Shown here: positions 1 through 8,800 of the stretch, piece by piece | Layout: every line of letters starts with the position of its first letter | Numbering within the stretch: position 1 is the stretch's first letter | Source: Lactobacillus phage ATCCB | Sequence record: MK504445.1 | DNA length: 24,000 nt | Direction: 5' to 3' (one strand) | Notes under the pieces: generated by a model | Seen by the model: the letters and a program-made list of their open reading frames with translations, nothing else | Databases searched by the model: none | What the model was told of the DNA's origin: nothing | Program-made: the position numbers and the translations under genes

Positions 1-234
1 AAAGAAAGCAAGGTTTATAAATTTTTTTATGGTTTATTTTCATTCTTATTTAGCATTTTATCAATTTTCTTAACACTTTCATATATTTTAATTATTGTTG
101 CTATTTTTGCTTATGGTCTTAGAGTAGGAAAAATTTATGTAATGTCGCTTAATGAGGCTATGGGTGTAACTATTGTAATTTATGCGCTTGGCCTGCTAAT
201 GCGACTATTTAAAAACACTTTTTTCAAAAACTAG
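1..234 (+). CDS. C-terminal fragment of a small membrane protein (start lies outside the window)
   Basis: Frame 1 is open from base 1 to TAG at 232-234; hydrophobic translation ...SFLFSILSIFLTLSYILIIVAIFAYGLRVGK...VTIVIYALGLLMRLFKNTFFKN. Confidence 0.55.
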   Translation, partial: KESKVYKFFYGLFSFLFSILSIFLTLSYILIIVAIFAYGLRVGKIYVMSLNEAMGVTIVIYALGLLMRLFKNTFFKN

Positions 235-245
235 TGTTTTTTTTA
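211..245 (+). terminator. Probable intrinsic terminator overlapping the stop codon of the leftmost ORF
   Basis: AAAAACACT (211-219) pairs with AGTGTTTTT (233-241), 13-nt loop, followed by a T-run. Confidence 0.5.
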
Positions 246-263
246 TTGCCAATTTGATATAAT
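235..263 (+). promoter_or_regulatory. Candidate promoter, degenerate member of the window's promoter family
   Basis: TGTTTT (235-240) - 17 bp - TATAAT (258-263), upstream of the replication operon. Confidence 0.5.
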
Positions 264-283
264 TAATATAGGAAGTGAATATT

Positions 284-802
284 TTGACAAGACTTTATAA
301 ATGTTATGGTGAAGATTGTGTTGCTATTAATCGAAAATGGGAAATCAAAGATCTTCTGAAAATTAAAGGTAAAAATTATTGTCGGAGCTGTTATAAAAAG
401 AAAACGATACAAAAACAAGGAATGGCAGAAATTAATGCAAAAATACGAAAGTTTTTTGGTATTAAATTTCCAACACCGATGATGAATAATCAAATCAAAA
501 AGTACTTAAAAGAAGGAGCAACATACGATGAATTATCTGCTTGTTTTGATTATCAATATGCTAGAAAAGGAAGTTCTAGTTTTGTATTAAAATATGGTGT
601 TGCTTTTATTCCTTACGTGCTTCCACGTGTTCAAGAACGTATGAAGTTAAATGAAAAAAATATGAATAATCTAACCACTCATTATAATATTGTTCATGTT
701 TCAATAAATGATGTTAGTGACTTAGATACAGATTTAGAAAATAAATATAAGAATAGTAAAAAAATTGATATGAAAGATAAGAGGCTTATGATTGATGGCT
801 AA
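284..802 (+). CDS. Small Cys4 zinc-ribbon-like protein preceding the helicase gene; function unknown
   Basis: ORF with GGAAG RBS; TTG start at 284 is better spaced than GTG 275; CYGEDC...CRSC motif near N-terminus; stop overlaps the next ORF start. Confidence 0.7.
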   Translation: MTRLYKCYGEDCVAINRKWEIKDLLKIKGKNYCRSCYKKKTIQKQGMAEINAKIRKFFGIKFPTPMMNNQIKKYLKEGATYDELSACFDYQYARKGSSSFVLKYGVAFIPYVLPRVQERMKLNEKNMNNLTTHYNIVHVSINDVSDLDTDLENKYKNSKKIDMKDKRLMIDG

Positions 803-2399
803 CATTTCAGATATTAATAAAAAATTGTCACCGCAAAATCAGATCTGGGAAGCATTTGGTATTATTTGTAACCATCCAAAAATTTTACGCAATCCAAAAT
901 ATCAATTTGAAGTAGATGATTTTTATTTTGGTTTTCATAAAATTTTATTTTCGTCAATTTCTAATTTAGTTATTCAAAATGGATTAGATGAGGTAACTGT
1001 TTTAGATATTGAAAATAATTTAAAGCAATATAAACAATATTACGAAATTTGGAAAGTAAATGATGGTGCAAATTTTGTTGATTCTGCAAAAACAAATGCA
1101 AAAGCACAGATGTTACAAACTGACTATGATATTATTAAAAAATATTCTACTTTAAGGAAAATTTTTAAACAAGGTATTGATATTAGAGATTTGTATGATT
1201 TTACTTCTAATGACCCAGAAAAATTAGATGAACAAATTGAAGCTTTAAACAAAATGGATGTTACTAATATTATTGATAATTATAGTGGAAAAATTAGTAA
1301 AATTAGAAATGATATTAATAGCACAAATGCAAATATTCGTAAGTTTAAAATTGGTGATGATATTGATGAATTAATTCAACACTTAGATGATGTGCCAGTT
1401 ATGGGTTATCCATTTTCTAATCCATTTTATAATTCATTATTTAGAGGAATGAGACCATCAAAATATATGGTTGTTTCTGCAGCAAGTGGTACTGGTAAAA
1501 CAAGAACTTCTTTGAGAGATGCATTAGCAATTTCTTGCCCCGCAATCTTTGAGACAGGTAAGGGTTGGATTAAAAATCCAATGGTTCTACCATCACTTTT
1601 TATCTCTACAGAATTAGATAAAAAAGAACTACAAAAAATGGCATTAGCATTTATTAGTGGAATTGAAACTCGGGATCTAGATAATGGTAATTTCAATGAA
1701 GCAATTATTAAGAAACTTCGCGATGCTGGAGAGTATTTAAAAAATAGTGAATTATATATTGAATATATCGAAGAGTTTTCAATTGATGATGTTGATGCAA
1801 CAATTCAAGAATATAAACTTGACCATAACATTCAATATTTATTTTTCGATTATATTCAAAATAATGCAAAATTATCTAAGTCAATTGAATTAGCTTATGG
1901 TAAACCACTTCGAAATGATGAAATATTATCTGAATTATCAACTGCGTTAAAAGGTTTTGCAGGAAAATATAATATTTTTGTTAGAGCTGGGACACAGGTT
2001 AATGGAAAAATTCGTGATGAAGATATTGAAATTAGTAGAACAGAAAGTGCAATTTCTGGTTCAAAGGCTGTAATTAATAAAGCTGATTATGGAGTTATTA
2101 TCGCGCAACCAACAAAGCAAGATTTACACAATCTTCGCGATATTATTAGTGAAGGTTTTAATGATAGAAAACCAGATTATTGTCATTGGATTTATAAGAA
2201 TCGTGCAGGTTTTAAGAATATTGTTATTTGGACACAATTAAATTTAGGAACTATGCAAGAAATTCCATTATTTGTGACAGATTATCAATATCAATTAGTC
2301 GACAATATTGATATGATTGTCGCTTCAACTGTTATCAATAACAAAGATATAGATATTCAAACAGGAAATGTAAGTAAAGAAGAAAAATTTGATTTTTAA
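792..2399 (+). CDS. DnaB-like (SF4) replicative helicase
   Basis: Walker A ASGTGKT, Walker B-like YLFFDYIQ, late conserved segment GSKAVINKADYGVIIAQ; next to primase. Confidence 0.85.
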   Translation: MMANISDINKKLSPQNQIWEAFGIICNHPKILRNPKYQFEVDDFYFGFHKILFSSISNLVIQNGLDEVTVLDIENNLKQYKQYYEIWKVNDGANFVDSAKTNAKAQMLQTDYDIIKKYSTLRKIFKQGIDIRDLYDFTSNDPEKLDEQIEALNKMDVTNIIDNYSGKISKIRNDINSTNANIRKFKIGDDIDELIQHLDDVPVMGYPFSNPFYNSLFRGMRPSKYMVVSAASGTGKTRTSLRDALAISCPAIFETGKGWIKNPMVLPSLFISTELDKKELQKMALAFISGIETRDLDNGNFNEAIIKKLRDAGEYLKNSELYIEYIEEFSIDDVDATIQEYKLDHNIQYLFFDYIQNNAKLSKSIELAYGKPLRNDEILSELSTALKGFAGKYNIFVRAGTQVNGKIRDEDIEISRTESAISGSKAVINKADYGVIIAQPTKQDLHNLRDIISEGFNDRKPDYCHWIYKNRAGFKNIVIWTQLNLGTMQEIPLFVTDYQYQLVDNIDMIVASTVINNKDIDIQTGNVSKEEKFDF

Positions 2400-2414
2400 A
2401 AAGGCGGTTTAAAA

Positions 2415-3500
2415 ATGTCGAGCATTCAACAAATTAAAAATAATATGACAATCAAATCAGTTTTTAATTTGCTTGAAGAAGCCAAAGCTCATCCAAAAAT
2501 TATTGAAAATAATACAATGATTGAAGCTGTCACAGTTTGCCATCACGGAAATAAGCGTAAATTATATTATTATCAAGATGGTAAAAATTTTGTATGTTAC
2601 ACAAATTGTGGAAGTATGCAAATTGTTGATTTTGCAATGAAATTATTTAATTGTGATTTTAATAAAGCAATAAGAATACTTGAGAAAAAATTTAATGTTT
2701 CAAACTTTAATGTTGGTAATTTTGTAGATGAGTCTAATATTGAATTAAATGAAAATATTGATATTCCTAGTGTTGATGTTGCTAAAACTTTAAATAAAGG
2801 AAGTGATGTTCCAGAGATTGAAATTCCAGCTATAGATAAAAATATTATAAATTCATTTTATGATATTTATCCAAGCTCATGGTTAAAAGAAGGAATTTCA
2901 AAAGAGTCAATGAGTAAATATCATATCAAGTTTGACGTCTTAAATCATAGAATCATTATTCCAGCATTTAGAAGTGATGGAGAATTAATTGGAATAAGAT
3001 GTCGGGATATTGATGAAAATAGGCTTCGTAACGGAGGTTCTAAATATTATCCAATCTTTTTTAATGGAAAAGTGCTCCGGTGGCCTACAGGAAGCTCTCT
3101 GTACGGCCTGGACATATCTAAAGATAGTATCAAAAAGAATAAAAAAGTAATTTTATTTGAAGGTGAGAAGTCTGTATTGAAGCTTGATAGATATTTAGGT
3201 GAAAATAATATTGGATTAGCGTTGTACGGGTCTAATTTCACAAGAATCCAGAAAAATACAATATTAGATTTAGGCGTTGATGAAATTGTTATTGCATTAG
3301 ATAAAGAATTTGAAAAAGTTTATGATGAAAATTCTAAATTATATGCAAAAAAGATTGGTTCAATGGTTAAAGATATTAAAATGAGATGTAAAGTTTCTGT
3401 GTTATGGGATAAAAAAGGACAGTTAGATTACAAAGATAGTCCAATAGATAAGGGCATTGAAGTTTTTAATGATTTAGTTCATAATAGAATATTTTTATAG
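2415..3500 (+). CDS. DnaG-like primase (zinc finger + Toprim)
   Basis: CHHG...CYTNCG zinc-binding N-terminus; Toprim-like VILFEGEKSVLKLD and DEIVIALDKEFEK; adjacent to helicase. Confidence 0.85.
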   Translation: MSSIQQIKNNMTIKSVFNLLEEAKAHPKIIENNTMIEAVTVCHHGNKRKLYYYQDGKNFVCYTNCGSMQIVDFAMKLFNCDFNKAIRILEKKFNVSNFNVGNFVDESNIELNENIDIPSVDVAKTLNKGSDVPEIEIPAIDKNIINSFYDIYPSSWLKEGISKESMSKYHIKFDVLNHRIIIPAFRSDGELIGIRCRDIDENRLRNGGSKYYPIFFNGKVLRWPTGSSLYGLDISKDSIKKNKKVILFEGEKSVLKLDRYLGENNIGLALYGSNFTRIQKNTILDLGVDEIVIALDKEFEKVYDENSKLYAKKIGSMVKDIKMRCKVSVLWDKKGQLDYKDSPIDKGIEVFNDLVHNRIFL

Positions 3501-3510
3501 GAGATTTTTT

Positions 3511-5325
3511 ATGTTAAAATTAAAGCAATATAATAAAAGTATCGATGGTCAAGACATCATTGATGGAATTTTAAAAAATCATGGTGTAGAAAATATTAAT
3601 ATGTATAAACATATTGAATCTTTTGATATTAATGAAACTGATTGGCATGATTATAGCAATATGATGTTAGTTGCAAAAAACATCAAACATTGGCTGTCAC
3701 AATCAGCTTCAATTGGTGTTGTTGTAGATGATGATGCTGATGGTTATACAAGTTCAGCCATGTTGATTCGCTACTTATCTCAAAAAATTAAAGAAGAAAA
3801 CTTACCATCTAAATTAGTACCAATTATCTCATCTCGAAAAGAACACGGTTTTTCAAAAGTATTTGAATATAGTGAAAATAACAAAATTCCAGATTATTTA
3901 ATTGTTGCAGATGCTGGGGCAAATGATGTTTCATATATTAATAAATTAATTGGTCTGGGTAAAGAAATTGTTATTATTGACCACCATGATGTTGAAGATG
4001 AGGCAAGAAAATTCTTCAAAATTGGCAATTCAAAATGTGTAATGACAAATTGTATGTTTGAATCATCAGGAAATAAAAATTTGACTGGTGTTGGGATGGT
4101 CTATAAAGTATTACAAACTTTAAATGAAATTTCGACACAACAATACGATATTTCAAAATCATTATTTGCAATCGGTGAAATTGGTGATAGTGCAGATGTT
4201 AGTGATTTAGAAATTCGAAAAACAATGATTGAAGGATTAACAAATATTGATAGTCAATTTCTAAAAGTATTTTTCCCAGGTGAATATGACAATCCACTAT
4301 CACCAAATTCATTATCATTTTCAATTATTCCACGAATTAATTCTGTTGCACGAATTGGTAATATGGATGACCGCGAAATGCTTTTATGTGCTTTAAGTGA
4401 AAATGTTTCGGAAAATAAGATTGTCGTTAAAAAACGTAGAAAATCTAAAGTTGATGGAAAGTTTCATCAAGTAAATATTGAATGGTCTTATTATGAATAT
4501 TCAAAAGATTGTTTTGACAAATTAAAAGCAAAGCAGGATAAATTTGTAAAAGATGAAGTTAATAAAATTCAATACGAATGTGAAGGTAATTTCAATTTAG
4601 GAGTTATTACCGATAGTGATGAAAAATTAGGTTCAGTTATTGGATTGATTGCTAATAAGATTATGTGTAAAACACAAAAACCAACAATTTTAGTTCATGA
4701 ATTTAAAAATGGGGTGTTTAACGGATCTTTGCGTGCACCTGGAACATTGCCATTTAAAACTATTTTAGCAGATTCAGGTTTGTTTAATTTTGTTATGGGT
4801 CATGAACAGGCTGCTGGTGTTTGTTTCAATAAGAATGTAATGGAACCAATTATTAATAAATTCAAAGATTTTGATTTTGGAATTGATTCACAAGATATTG
4901 TTGTTGATAAGATTTATGATAATTCGGTATCAGGATTAGAGAGCAGTATTGAAAAGTTGTGTAATAACGAATATTTATTTGGTGGAAGTATTTCCAATCC
5001 AGAACTTGGTTTTAAAGGAATTATCGTAAATAAAAGTAAAATTAGTACCAGAGGAAAAACTGCATCATTTTACTGGAACAATATTAAATTTATGATGTTT
5101 AATGGTAATCCAATTAAGGAATTAATCACAAAAGGTTTTGTCGAAAAATTTGATTTTGATATTGCTGGTTCTATCATGGAAGATTGGAGTGGTTCACCAA
5201 TGATTGCAATTGACTTCTTTAGTGGACAAAAGTCTAAAAATTCAACAATTATAAATAAGAAACCAGAAAAAAATAAGTCGATAAGCGAAGGTATTTTAAT
5301 TGAAAATGGTAAATTTATTTTTTAA
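3511..5325 (+). CDS. RecJ-like DHH-family single-strand exonuclease
   Basis: GVVVDDDADGYTSSAM, DAGAND, IVIIDHHDVED (DHH) and a later NGVFNGSLRAPG...GHEQAAG DHHA1-like region. Confidence 0.88.
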   Translation: MLKLKQYNKSIDGQDIIDGILKNHGVENINMYKHIESFDINETDWHDYSNMMLVAKNIKHWLSQSASIGVVVDDDADGYTSSAMLIRYLSQKIKEENLPSKLVPIISSRKEHGFSKVFEYSENNKIPDYLIVADAGANDVSYINKLIGLGKEIVIIDHHDVEDEARKFFKIGNSKCVMTNCMFESSGNKNLTGVGMVYKVLQTLNEISTQQYDISKSLFAIGEIGDSADVSDLEIRKTMIEGLTNIDSQFLKVFFPGEYDNPLSPNSLSFSIIPRINSVARIGNMDDREMLLCALSENVSENKIVVKKRRKSKVDGKFHQVNIEWSYYEYSKDCFDKLKAKQDKFVKDEVNKIQYECEGNFNLGVITDSDEKLGSVIGLIANKIMCKTQKPTILVHEFKNGVFNGSLRAPGTLPFKTILADSGLFNFVMGHEQAAGVCFNKNVMEPIINKFKDFDFGIDSQDIVVDKIYDNSVSGLESSIEKLCNNEYLFGGSISNPELGFKGIIVNKSKISTRGKTASFYWNNIKFMMFNGNPIKELITKGFVEKFDFDIAGSIMEDWSGSPMIAIDFFSGQKSKNSTIINKKPEKNKSISEGILIENGKFIF

Positions 5326-5332
5326 AAAACTA

Positions 5333-5361
5333 TGTACTTTTTGCTAAGAATATTATATAAT
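5333..5361 (+). promoter_or_regulatory. Family promoter, upstream of the RNase HI gene
   Basis: TGTACT (5333-5338) - 17 bp - TATAAT (5356-5361). Confidence 0.75.
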
Positions 5362-5395
5362 TATTATATAAAGTTAATTAAGGAGGAAATCAATT

Positions 5396-5893
5396 GTGGA
5401 TTTTGATATTGGTTTTAATACAAATGCCGCCACCAAATCAGTAAAACTCTATACTGACGGAGCAAGTAGAGGCAATGTTGTTGGAGAATCTATTTGTGCT
5501 TATGCATTCTATGGTGAATATAATGGTTATGAAACTTTAAGTGGAAAAGCATTCGTTGGATATACCAATAATCAAATGGAATTAACTGGTTTAATTATTG
5601 GATTGAGAAATATTACGAATAAAAATCTTCCCGTTGAGGTTTATCTTGATTCGAAATATGTATTTGATTCAATTACAAAAAATTGGATGAAATCTTGGAA
5701 ACGAAATGGTTGGACTAAAGATGGTGGATTGAAAAATGATAAATATTGGATGGCATTAGATGTTGAATTAAATAAATTTAAAAAAATTCATTTTAATTGG
5801 ACAAAAGGTCACGCTAGTAATTTTGGAAATAACATTGCTGATAAAAAATGTAATGATTTAATGGATAATTTTGAAGAAGAAGAATTGGGGTAA
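5396..5893 (+). CDS. rnhA: Ribonuclease HI
   Basis: KLYTDGASRGN, NNQMELTGLIIGLRN, DSKYVFDSI, NWTKGHASNFGNNIADKKCNDL; AGGAGG RBS, GTG start. Confidence 0.9.
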   Translation: MDFDIGFNTNAATKSVKLYTDGASRGNVVGESICAYAFYGEYNGYETLSGKAFVGYTNNQMELTGLIIGLRNITNKNLPVEVYLDSKYVFDSITKNWMKSWKRNGWTKDGGLKNDKYWMALDVELNKFKKIHFNWTKGHASNFGNNIADKKCNDLMDNFEEEELG

Positions 5894-5900
5894 TCATATA

Positions 5901-6776
5901 ATGAAAAGCTCAGCGACAAAAAACAAGAATTTGAACAAGTCTTTTAGTAGTTTAGGATACGCCCGTGGTGGTGCCATTTCTGGTGTTAGTATCTCTGGCG
6001 TTAGTATCCCTGGTGGATCAAATAAGGAACCTGAAAAGTTTAAGGGAAATTATTTTCAATGGATTAAGAATGAATTAACCGGTTGGGACACATTACCGTG
6101 GGCAATGTTTACTTTTGGTGTTGGATTTGAGTTAGCCTTATTATTTGTTAATCCTATTAGTTGGCAATCATTGGTAGCATTTGCTGGTGTATTTTTCGGT
6201 ATGTGGTGTACAGTTGCTATGAGTTCTGGTGGGACTGATAAGAACGGACATCGAGTCATTTCACACAGCATTAATGGACTTATGGGAGCAATTAGTGTTG
6301 TCGCATATATTGTGGTTAATGCAGTGGCTGGTCATTGGTTTAGTATTGTTGACCAATTAATTTTCTTCTCGCTAATTGACGTTGAACTTATGTTTACTTG
6401 GCGAACATGGGGACGAGGTAAAAATCGAGGAGTCAATGTTCTTTCCAAAAAGGGTTGGATTTATGTTATTTTAGCTATTTTAATTGCTTGGGGTGTTTTA
6501 TATCCTCTAGGAGTACAATTACAAGATACTAATCCAATTTGGGATGCATTAACTTTAGCTATTGGCGGTGTAGCTAGTTGGTTATGTTTCCGACGCTATA
6601 CGTCGACCTATACCCTATGGCTATGTTCCGATTTTGTGAATATTGTATTGTGGTTTACAACATTACAACAAGGTTTTGCTCCAGCAACTGCATTGCCTAT
6701 GTTGGTTATGACTTTATTTTATCTCGCAACTGCAATTTATGGAAAATTTGTATGGCGAGTTTCTTCAGTTCAATAA
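5901..6776 (+). CDS. pnuC: PnuC-like nicotinamide riboside/mononucleotide transporter
   Basis: Multi-TM protein with WQSLVAFAGVFFGMWCTVAMSSG, WRTWGRG, CSDFVNIVLWF...; in-frame TTG at 5871 is an alternative start. Confidence 0.75.
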   Translation: MKSSATKNKNLNKSFSSLGYARGGAISGVSISGVSIPGGSNKEPEKFKGNYFQWIKNELTGWDTLPWAMFTFGVGFELALLFVNPISWQSLVAFAGVFFGMWCTVAMSSGGTDKNGHRVISHSINGLMGAISVVAYIVVNAVAGHWFSIVDQLIFFSLIDVELMFTWRTWGRGKNRGVNVLSKKGWIYVILAILIAWGVLYPLGVQLQDTNPIWDALTLAIGGVASWLCFRRYTSTYTLWLCSDFVNIVLWFTTLQQGFAPATALPMLVMTLFYLATAIYGKFVWRVSSVQ

Positions 6777-6784
6777 AAATAAAA

Positions 6785-6812
6785 ATAGAAAGATATTCTT
6801 TTATCTTTCTAT
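6785..6812 (+). terminator. Hairpin, terminator or attenuator
   Basis: 11-bp perfect stem ATAGAAAGATA / TATCTTTCTAT with TTCTTT loop, immediately after pnuC; no clean T-tail. Confidence 0.5.
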
Positions 6813-6839
6813 ACATAGAAGTTAAAAATAGGAGGAAAA

Positions 6840-7040
6840 ATGGAAAAATATAAGTTGGTTTATTTTAGTGCAAAAGCTGACGCAGAAGATGGAATCTTTA
6901 AAACGAAAGATGTTCTTTTAACGCATGATAGTTTAAATTGCTTATTAAAAGATGGAACAAAATTTTTTGTATTTTCAGATACTAACTTAAAGACTTTTAT
7001 TGTTCGCAGAGATAACATTATTGAATTAGCAGAAATTTGA
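6840..7040 (+). CDS. Small hypothetical protein (66 aa)
   Basis: ORF with GGAGG RBS. Confidence 0.7.
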   Translation: MEKYKLVYFSAKADAEDGIFKTKDVLLTHDSLNCLLKDGTKFFVFSDTNLKTFIVRRDNIIELAEI

Positions 7041-7054
7041 AAGGGGGTGATATT

Positions 7055-7165
7055 TTGTCAAAGCAACGTAAGCGCAAGAAGAAGTCACAAATTAAGAATA
7101 AAAAGCGTCGCATGAATCAGAAAAATTTAGAAAATTTAAAAAAATTAGGTGACATTAAGAAATAA
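7055..7165 (+). CDS. Very small, highly basic peptide (36 aa), not in the ORF track
   Basis: AAGGGGGTGAT RBS then TTG start; MSKQRKRKKKSQIKNKKRRMNQKNLENLKKLGDIKK; TAA at 7163-7165. Confidence 0.65.
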   Translation: MSKQRKRKKKSQIKNKKRRMNQKNLENLKKLGDIKK

Positions 7166-7212
7166 TTTAAACGCATATTTGAAAAATGCACTTTAGAAGG
7201 AGTGTATTTTTT

Positions 7213-7629
7213 ATGTATAAGGTTACGTTTCCAGAATTACCTGCTTTAAACGAATATTTGCAAGTTACTAGGTCCCGATATGGCTATTCAGCAAAAATCA
7301 AAAAGAAGTTTACAAATATTTGTGAAAAGTCTTTTATTACTCAATTATCATCAAATGATAAGCTACAATATCCATATGAATTTGTATTTGTTTGGTATGC
7401 TAAAAATAAACGAAAAGATCCAGATAATATTTCATTTGCACATAAATTTATTTTTGATGGTATGCAAAAATCTGGTTTTATGGAAAATGATAATTGGTCT
7501 CATATTTTGGGAATTTCCGATTTTTATTTATTAGATAAAGATAATCCTCATGTTGATATGTATATTATCAAGCCAAAAGAATATCAAAAACTTAGGGATG
7601 AATTTATTGAGAAAGAATTGAAAAGATAG
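7213..7629 (+). CDS. rusA: RusA-family Holliday junction resolvase
   Basis: Conserved KRKDPDNISFAHKFIFDGMQKSGFMENDNWSHI; AGAAGGAG RBS before ATG 7213 (track start is 7186). Confidence 0.82.
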   Translation: MYKVTFPELPALNEYLQVTRSRYGYSAKIKKKFTNICEKSFITQLSSNDKLQYPYEFVFVWYAKNKRKDPDNISFAHKFIFDGMQKSGFMENDNWSHILGISDFYLLDKDNPHVDMYIIKPKEYQKLRDEFIEKELKR

Positions 7630-7658
7630 TGTACAAATATAGTTTTATATGATAAAAT
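7630..7658 (+). promoter_or_regulatory. Family promoter
   Basis: TGTACA (7630-7635) - 17 bp - TAAAAT (7653-7658). Confidence 0.65.
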
Positions 7659-7747
7659 AAAATTATAAATTCAATGAAAAGAGTTGAATACAATGTAAAA
7701 AATATATTCTAACTTTAAAAATAAAAAACGAGGGAGATTATATTAAA

Positions 7748-8254
7748 TTGCGAATTATCAATGTGATTATGGGACCAACGTTTAGCGGTAAAACAACTTA
7801 TCTTAATAAGCAATGGATAAAAGATCGATTTGGTCATCATATCATTGCTCATACCACTCGTCCATCACGTGAAGATGAAGAAGACGGAATTGATTATTAT
7901 TTCGATAGTTTTTTATCTGATAGTTATCAAAGAATTTGCGTACGTCAATATAAAGTTGCCAATGGAGACATTTGGTCTTATTGGATAAATAAGAATGATA
8001 TTTTAGATAACCGAAACAATTATATTATTTTAGATTATACCGGTTTTAATGAAATTTATGAAATGTTTAATGATGATGAAAATACTGAGGTTATTGGTTT
8101 TTATATGGCAACACCATTAAGTATTATTGAAGATAGAATTAAAAATTCTTCTAGGAAAAATGAAGATATTAAAGAAACAACTCGACGTCTTCATCAAGAC
8201 ATTAAAGATTTTGAAGGTATTTATGAAGATTCCCGAGTGAAGCTCATTAAATAG
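7748..8254 (+). CDS. Guanylate-kinase-like nucleoside monophosphate kinase
   Basis: P-loop MGPTFSGKTT and HTTRPSREDEEDGIDYYF; GAGGGAG RBS, TTG start. Confidence 0.82.
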   Translation: MRIINVIMGPTFSGKTTYLNKQWIKDRFGHHIIAHTTRPSREDEEDGIDYYFDSFLSDSYQRICVRQYKVANGDIWSYWINKNDILDNRNNYIILDYTGFNEIYEMFNDDENTEVIGFYMATPLSIIEDRIKNSSRKNEDIKETTRRLHQDIKDFEGIYEDSRVKLIK

Positions 8255-8265
8255 GAGGAAACAAT

Positions 8266-8706
8266 ATGATTATTCCATTTGAAAAAATGTACGACGGCGT
8301 ACAAACACCAATGCATGCACATTATGATGATGCAGGCTATGATTTATTTATTCCAGCAAACTCATTTAAACATGATATTTTTACACTACATCCCCATCAA
8401 ACATTAAAAATTCCAATGGGATTAAAGCTTCACTTATCTCAAGGTGTAATGGCACTTACAATGCCACGCTCTAGTCTTAGTCGCGAAGGAATTGTTACGC
8501 AAATTCCACCAATTGATGCGGGTTATACTGGTGAAATTAATGTTATGGTTACAAATACAACAAAGTTTGATTTTGTTCTGCATAGTGAAGACCGTATTTG
8601 TCAATTAGTATTTATTCCAATTATCAATCCACAATTAATTTCATTGGACGATTTTAATAAATTACCAACACGTAATGACAATGGATTCGGTTCAACCGGA
8701 ATTTAA
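8266..8706 (+). CDS. dut: dUTPase
   Basis: DDAGYDLFIP, MPRSSLSREGI, IDAGYTGEINVMVTN, EDRICQLVFIP, C-terminal NGFGSTG. Confidence 0.92.
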   Translation: MIIPFEKMYDGVQTPMHAHYDDAGYDLFIPANSFKHDIFTLHPHQTLKIPMGLKLHLSQGVMALTMPRSSLSREGIVTQIPPIDAGYTGEINVMVTNTTKFDFVLHSEDRICQLVFIPIINPQLISLDDFNKLPTRNDNGFGSTGI

Positions 8707-8754
8707 AATGAAACAAATGTGAAAAAGTTATGTAATAGTTTGGAAATATTATAG

Positions 8755-8763
8755 TGTTATAAT
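8755..8763 (+). promoter_or_regulatory. Candidate extended -10 promoter
   Basis: TGTTATAAT (TGnTATAAT) upstream of the LysM protein gene; no TGTACW element at the expected distance. Confidence 0.45.
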
Positions 8764-8800
8764 ATATATTATAAGATGATTATCAAAGGAGAGATTTATT

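Noticed and set aside
6578-6853. 91-aa + strand ORF
   Set aside because: Out-of-frame overlap with the PnuC-like gene and the downstream hairpin; no domain signal.
7280-7534. 84-aa + strand ORF
   Set aside because: Out of frame inside the RusA-like gene, no RBS, low-complexity hydrophobic translation.
8731-8763. TGTAAT at 8731 as the -35 of the promoter for the LysM gene
   Set aside because: Spacing to TATAAT 8758 is 21 bp, so it does not fit the family; an extended -10 explains it better.
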